From a virus (taxonomy: Duplodnaviria; Caudoviricetes): a stretch of DNA of 62,658 nt. The position numbers were made by a program, and so were the translations under genes. Within the stretch, counting starts at the first letter, position 1. Every line of letters begins with the position of its first letter. Shown piece by piece: positions 57,801-62,658 of this stretch. The DNA is taken from IMG/VR virus record IMGVR_UViG_3300020201_000019, positions 1 through 62,658 of that record, one strand, 5' to 3'. The notes beneath the pieces were generated by a model. The model saw only the letters and a program-made list of their open reading frames with translations, did no database searches and was not told where the DNA came from.

Positions 57801-58977
57801 GAATATTTTAGACCATACGCAAGATATCAGCGGGCAAGAGACGCATCGCTTACTTTCGTTATATCAGCCTCCCGCTTTTGTGAAAAATGCCGCGCACGAG
57901 CGACTGCATGGCGATCGTGACACTATGGCGCGCCACTTATACGCGGAGCCACATAAGAAACTTTATCCGTGCCACTCATCCGCAGCAACCTGGATGTCAG
58001 CTTTATGGTTTGGGGAAAAACAGGCAGAATTTGATACCGAGAAGGCGGCGGCGATTGAGGAGAAGATTCGCGCATCTGCGACCTATTTCGGTATTGGTGG
58101 CTTGGTTAACGATTTATTGCTGAAAGTTGCGACCGACGCGGCTAATGTGCTGAATAAGCTTAATGATAGTGATTTTGCTATCGTATGGAAATCTGAAGAC
58201 GGCGGGGTTGAGCGCCACTGGCCTATGCGGAATGCCACTGAGGTTAAATTTGCTGCAGCCCATTTTAAACAATACCGCGATGAATTTGTATTTAATGACC
58301 GGCATAAAATAGCCAACAAAATCCTCGATAGGGCGGTCGAGTACGGTGCCGACATATCAGCCGCAGACGGCGCACTAGACGCTGCAGCAGGCCGCGGGTC
58401 CTGTGCGGTTAAAGTCGCCGTAGAGGTATTGCGCCAGCGCGCCATATTGGGTCGCCGTATTAATAGTGCGCTTTCTGCGGAAATTGAAAAACTGGCCGCG
58501 GTAGTAGAAGCCAATCCGCGCGAAGCTCAATCCGAAGACTGCCGATTAAAACTAGCCACAATTATCGACCAGTACGACCGGGAAACAAGACTTACTCGTT
58601 TGTATGCCACGGGAGGACTAGATCGCCCCGAGGAAACACTATTCGCAATTAACGAGAAAGTCGCCGCGGCCTTCACTGAGAATCATGTCGAAACTGTCAC
58701 CGGCAATGTCTACAATTTAGACGATCTAGAGAAAATCGCAATTGACGATATCCGAGGATGGATGGGCGACGAGTTTGCCGATGCAGTGGCCACCGGTGGC
58801 GTGTACACCGATCGCGAGAAGCTGGCTGCAATCATACCTACTCTTGACCGCGGAATGGCCAATACGTTCGACCGGCTTGTCCGAGAAAAGAATGCCAGCG
58901 CAATTATATGTGGGCCAGAACAAGAGCCGCTAATGACAGAAGCTAGATTATTTGAACTAGCAGCTAGGGCTAATTAA
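57799..58977 (+). CDS. K-x-A-rich protein, probable virion/head-internal protein
   Basis: 392-aa ORF from MNILDH; 13 of 20 Lys have Ala at +2. Confidence 0.7.
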   Translation: MNILDHTQDISGQETHRLLSLYQPPAFVKNAAHERLHGDRDTMARHLYAEPHKKLYPCHSSAATWMSALWFGEKQAEFDTEKAAAIEEKIRASATYFGIGGLVNDLLLKVATDAANVLNKLNDSDFAIVWKSEDGGVERHWPMRNATEVKFAAAHFKQYRDEFVFNDRHKIANKILDRAVEYGADISAADGALDAAAGRGSCAVKVAVEVLRQRAILGRRINSALSAEIEKLAAVVEANPREAQSEDCRLKLATIIDQYDRETRLTRLYATGGLDRPEETLFAINEKVAAAFTENHVETVTGNVYNLDDLEKIAIDDIRGWMGDEFADAVATGGVYTDREKLAAIIPTLDRGMANTFDRLVREKNASAIICGPEQEPLMTEARLFELAARAN

Positions 58978-58979
58978 AA

Positions 58980-59372
58980 CTAGTTGGTCGGGCGGACCAT
59001 CTGCGGCAGATCCAGCTGACTGAGAAGGTCGTGTAAGTCGCCTATAGTGTTACTGATCCCATCATTTAAGTCCCGAAGGGTCTGCGTGAGGAGGCACTCC
59101 GTACCAGGATTCTTTTCGTTCGCGACTCGAGGCGGCTGCGTGTCGGGACGCATCAATGGCGACAGCTCCCGCTGCAATACGACCACTAGCTCAATTAGCT
59201 TAGCCCTATTATCCGCGAGCCGTCTGAGTTGTAGATCGATAGGCGCGTGGTGCTGGGACGCCTCGGCTGGCTCTGTGGCCGCGGTATTTCGGTATTCTGC
59301 GGTCTTGCGCCCTTCTGGATAATCTCGGTCTACGCCGAAGTGGCCGTCGTCACTGGCAAATTGTCGTGTCAT
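58980..59372 (-). CDS. Hypothetical coiled-coil protein
   Basis: AAGGA RBS. Confidence 0.6.
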   Translation of the reverse strand: MTRQFASDDGHFGVDRDYPEGRKTAEYRNTAATEPAEASQHHAPIDLQLRRLADNRAKLIELVVVLQRELSPLMRPDTQPPRVANEKNPGTECLLTQTLRDLNDGISNTIGDLHDLLSQLDLPQMVRPTN

Positions 59373-59385
59373 TGCTCTTCCTTGT

Positions 59386-59658
59386 TTAGTGTGTGATGTC
59401 GCCCAGGTACTTGACAGCGATATATGTGCCGATAAACGCGCCTATAGCGAGTGGTAGGATATACAGCGGATTATGCAGATAACTAATTACACCATAAGCT
59501 CCGAGGCTGTATAGCGCGGAGCTTATAAAACTAGCAGCTAAGGCTTGTTTCTTACTGACGCAAATCACATATAGCGCATACAAGATATCGAATACGACGT
59601 ATATGACGAATACAAGGCCAGCGGTCATCCAGTTGAAATTTTGCCAAAGTTCTGTCAT
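59386..59658 (-). CDS. Small three-TM membrane protein
   Basis: Three hydrophobic helices, GAFIGTYIAVK. Confidence 0.7.
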   Translation of the reverse strand: MTELWQNFNWMTAGLVFVIYVVFDILYALYVICVSKKQALAASFISSALYSLGAYGVISYLHNPLYILPLAIGAFIGTYIAVKYLGDITH

Positions 59659-59667
59659 TACGTATCT

Positions 59668-60366
59668 CTATACCTTTTGTACCGCCGCCATGATTCCGCG
59701 GGCCACACGAGCTGTAGCGCCATTTTCAAGACTTAGTGCGGTTAACTGGTCGGCTAGCATTACCGCCCTACTGCGGATCTCATTATTTATGTCGTCAGTC
59801 TTCCCGGCTTCCATGTCATAAATTGCATTAAACATGTCCGGATCATCACTGAACTCGTTTACGGCCGTGGACACATTAGCGCGTCTGATCGCTATCTTAA
59901 GGATATCCGGCGGATTTATAATTCCCTGAGCGTCCAACATAGCGCCAATGTAGCCCCTTATTTCTCCGCTGAATGGTTCCAGGTCATCGTCCTCCGGCGG
60001 CGCAATCAGTAATCCCTCGGTAATACCCCACGCAACTTCAACATTATCTGCAGGATCAAACATATCAGGCCGATACGTGTCGCCACTCAATACATTACAG
60101 AAAATGATAAAGTCCGGTAGGTTGCGGTAGAATTTATCCGTTGTAAGGATATTGATTGCGACCATAAGTTTATCCATTACAGACTGCGGCAAATCTACGT
60201 CGAACTCTTCCTCGATCTCGAGCGCTATTGTGGCTGGCTCCCAATAAAGTGCTTCCATACCGAATCGGTCAAGGAACACTACCAGGAGTACGCTCGCAAA
60301 TGTCTTCGGGCTCTTCCATAGTTCTTTCAGCATGTTGTTTGGCATGTAATCCGCTCCTACGCTCAA
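59668..60366 (-). CDS. Hypothetical acidic protein (possibly structural)
   Basis: 232-aa ORF. Confidence 0.7.
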   Translation of the reverse strand: MSVGADYMPNNMLKELWKSPKTFASVLLVVFLDRFGMEALYWEPATIALEIEEEFDVDLPQSVMDKLMVAINILTTDKFYRNLPDFIIFCNVLSGDTYRPDMFDPADNVEVAWGITEGLLIAPPEDDDLEPFSGEIRGYIGAMLDAQGIINPPDILKIAIRRANVSTAVNEFSDDPDMFNAIYDMEAGKTDDINNEIRSRAVMLADQLTALSLENGATARVARGIMAAVQKV

Positions 60367-60805
60367 TTCGTAATCTACCGCACAGATAGATCATGTTTAA
60401 ATTATACGCTATTGTCTCTAGTGGGTTTGTAGGCAAATCGGTAATGTGGTCGCCCGTTACTAGGTCAATATAGCCTGTATGATTGGTCCACGCTATGTAG
60501 CGTCTATCGCAAAAAACTAGCTGACCTAGGGCGGCACTATCGTCAGTTACGTATTTAACTAACAGCGCTACTCGGCTTAATATTAGCGTTCTTGCCGTCG
60601 GCTCCAGAAATTCTAGTGTTTCTAAATATTCGGCTAGAAGAAGCAAGGTCAGATAAAAGCGATCAATTACCGCATCGGGCGTAAATTCGCCAAATTTATT
60701 CCCATGTTGCTGTAAAATATCGCGGATTTGCAGCTTGCTTAGTTTTAACTTAGGCGCTACCATAGCCCAGGTAAGTTCTTTTTCTTTCTCGGAGGCATCT
60801 TCCAT
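60269..60805 (-). CDS. Hypothetical protein
   Basis: Start reassigned to MEDASE behind AAGGA RBS. Confidence 0.6.
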   Translation of the reverse strand: MEDASEKEKELTWAMVAPKLKLSKLQIRDILQQHGNKFGEFTPDAVIDRFYLTLLLLAEYLETLEFLEPTARTLILSRVALLVKYVTDDSAALGQLVFCDRRYIAWTNHTGYIDLVTGDHITDLPTNPLETIAYNLNMIYLCGRLRIERRSGLHAKQHAERTMEEPEDICERTPGSVP

Positions 60806-61079
60806 GGTTTCAATCCTTAATGAGCTCACTCGATCGTCACCCTCGCGAGTTGAATTAACGGTTGAGGGCGACGGCATTGAAGCCCTGTTCGACGTTAGTG
60901 TGTCACATTTGGTGATCAGCAAGGCGGCAGAAACTGGGTTATATCGACCAGGCATATCTAATGCTGGTGGCGTATACCCAGTTGATGCCGACGGTAAGAC
61001 TGATGACGATCTAATGCTAGGTAAACGAGGTGCGGCATCGAAATACCGCCGCGATTTTGTTGTACTTGCTGGGATTTAA
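60804..61079 (+). CDS. Small hypothetical protein (91 aa, MVSILNEL...)
   Basis: GGAGG RBS 8 nt upstream; fills the minus-strand gap exactly; protein-like composition. Confidence 0.6.
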   Translation: MVSILNELTRSSPSRVELTVEGDGIEALFDVSVSHLVISKAAETGLYRPGISNAGGVYPVDADGKTDDDLMLGKRGAASKYRRDFVVLAGI

Positions 61080-61567
61080 GCGTACGCATCCGCGCCAAAC
61101 TTTTTAATATGCGCCATTCGTGCTGCGTAGAATTGCGCCACGAATGGCGCTATTTTACGGAAGTTCGTTTCAATATCCTCGGCAACAACAGTATCGAAAA
61201 ATTTCTGTATAGCCGCTTGGATATTAGCGATCGAACTCTTAGTGTATCGCGCATTATGGGCTTCCTCCGCTGCGGCGCGGATCTCTGGTGATTTATCGCA
61301 AAGTATCTGCAAATAACGTGGACAGATAAACCTGGCATCATGGCCGTATGTCTTCATCGTCTTAGCTGTTTCTTGCTCAGCCGTAAACATACCCCTACCA
61401 GGATCGGGATTTTTGGGATCAGCGCTATTAACACTAGGATAGCGCAGTTTACCCAAGTCCCAGCCGAAAGCATCTAGACTGTCGTTAGGCGTGGCCATCT
61501 CATAGGCCGCCCGCACTTTCTTAATTTCTGGCTTACCAGCTAACTTTGGCTTTGGCTTTTTGCGCAT
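61076..61567 (-). CDS. Hypothetical protein
   Basis: AGGA RBS before MRKKPK. Confidence 0.65.
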   Translation of the reverse strand: MRKKPKPKLAGKPEIKKVRAAYEMATPNDSLDAFGWDLGKLRYPSVNSADPKNPDPGRGMFTAEQETAKTMKTYGHDARFICPRYLQILCDKSPEIRAAAEEAHNARYTKSSIANIQAAIQKFFDTVVAEDIETNFRKIAPFVAQFYAARMAHIKKFGADAYA

Positions 61568-61724
61568 ACTTTCCTGATAGCTAAGGGAAAACGGCAATAG
61601 TTAAGGTAAACGTGTGTGTCCAACAACAATAGATACATCATCAAAAGAGATAAGGTATATATGTTGTCGGACACAAGTCACTAACATAACTAACAATACG
61701 CCATAGCAATGTATGGACGCAAGT

Positions 61725-61739
61725 AATATGCCAGGATTT
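61725..61739 (-). promoter_or_regulatory. Candidate phage promoter/operator AAATCCTGGCATATT (copy 2)
   Basis: Exact match to 4791..4805. Confidence 0.5.
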
Positions 61740-61756
61740 CGGCATAAATTTAGCAA

Positions 61757-62056
61757 TTAAAACGTAATATTACTAACCTGGCCAGTTACGCTTTTAAAGA
61801 TAACTCGTACATGCGCGGTATTAAGCAGAGCCTTCAATTCGCTCTTTTTTTCTGGGCTCATTCCCGCCAGGCACGTTTTAATTTTGGCTAAAGCCACTCG
61901 CTGCGATTCTAGCTTTTTTCTTACACATGAGCCGCATGTGCTCGCGCTTTGTGCCAGCAATGCCGCTTGACCAGTTAGACACGGTATCCCAGCGAAACGC
62001 GTATCCTGCGCCATAGACGCAATAGTACTATCTTCTATCACGATTAAATCTACCAT
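61757..62056 (-). CDS. Hypothetical protein with CxxC (99 aa)
   Basis: AAGG RBS; CGSC. Confidence 0.65.
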   Translation of the reverse strand: MVDLIVIEDSTIASMAQDTRFAGIPCLTGQAALLAQSASTCGSCVRKKLESQRVALAKIKTCLAGMSPEKKSELKALLNTAHVRVIFKSVTGQVSNITF

Positions 62057-62064
62057 GTAGCACC

Positions 62065-62607
62065 TTAATTGCTTGAACTACTACTGCTGGTCGTGTCCGG
62101 ATCGCCACCTATCCAGATCTCACCACCAGGCAGCATATGATCCATCAAATCTAGCGTACCCTTAAGCCGATATACATCCTCGGCAACATCGCGGATAAAC
62201 GCGTGCACTTCGGTGCGTGATCGTAATATAACGTCTACATAATTCAGCCTAAACCATTCCGGCCGATGATTTGGAAGTGGATCATCTTCTGGATACTCCT
62301 CTAGATCAGTAGGGGAACATACGTGATCAAATGAGCCAGATCGTTCAGTTTGGCCGGGTATTATCGGCTGCAGTAGGTATGCGAATACTTTTGGCGACAT
62401 ATTCCTCGCGTCGTCTGCCTCGATGCGTACGCGTATACCGTCGACAGAGTGGTAGTTGTATCGGCTTACCGTCCAGGTTAAATGGATATGCCGATCTGAC
62501 GGTAATTCCGATGCGGCTGGTGGCATCGGCGGCAAATAGAAAGTAAGCCCAAGGGCCGTATCTAGCGCGACAATCTCAGAATCTGGTGGTAGGTTATTGC
62601 AGGACAT
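62065..62607 (-). CDS. Hypothetical protein with poly-Ser tail (possibly virion)
   Basis: 180-aa ORF. Confidence 0.7.
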   Translation of the reverse strand: MSCNNLPPDSEIVALDTALGLTFYLPPMPPAASELPSDRHIHLTWTVSRYNYHSVDGIRVRIEADDARNMSPKVFAYLLQPIIPGQTERSGSFDHVCSPTDLEEYPEDDPLPNHRPEWFRLNYVDVILRSRTEVHAFIRDVAEDVYRLKGTLDLMDHMLPGGEIWIGGDPDTTSSSSSSN

Positions 62608-62658
62608 AGTGAACTATCTTCTAGGTATTGTTAGTCAAACTCTGATTCGCCGCTGGAC

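Noticed and set aside
1-62658. Stop-codon reassignment
   Set aside because: Core genes are full length in the standard code, all three stops terminate genes, and no suppressor tRNA is present

Overview
A gene-dense stretch of a large dsDNA tailed phage genome, almost entirely on the minus strand, standard genetic code. All family calls come from motif recognition by eye, not database searches. It contains a portal protein (truncated at the left edge), a terminase large subunit about 49 kb away, and a full replication/recombination block (RuvC, RecA, probable SSB, family A polymerase with an N-terminal UDG-like domain, primase, DnaB-like and SF2 helicases, SbcC/SbcD). It also holds ADP-heptose genes (hldE, hldD), a MoxR-like AAA+/vWA pair, a pyrimidine-dimer glycosylase, two tRNAs and many small unknown genes, some resembling planctomycete proteins. 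The best candidate for an undescribed system is a Nop/IS110-like gene next to a minimal Cas7/RAMP-like gene, wedged between sbcC and the SF2 helicase, with no CRISPR or other guide array visible. Also notable: several apparent pseudoenzymes, plus-strand genes sharing palindromic CATG starts with divergent neighbours, and a K-x-A-rich protein.
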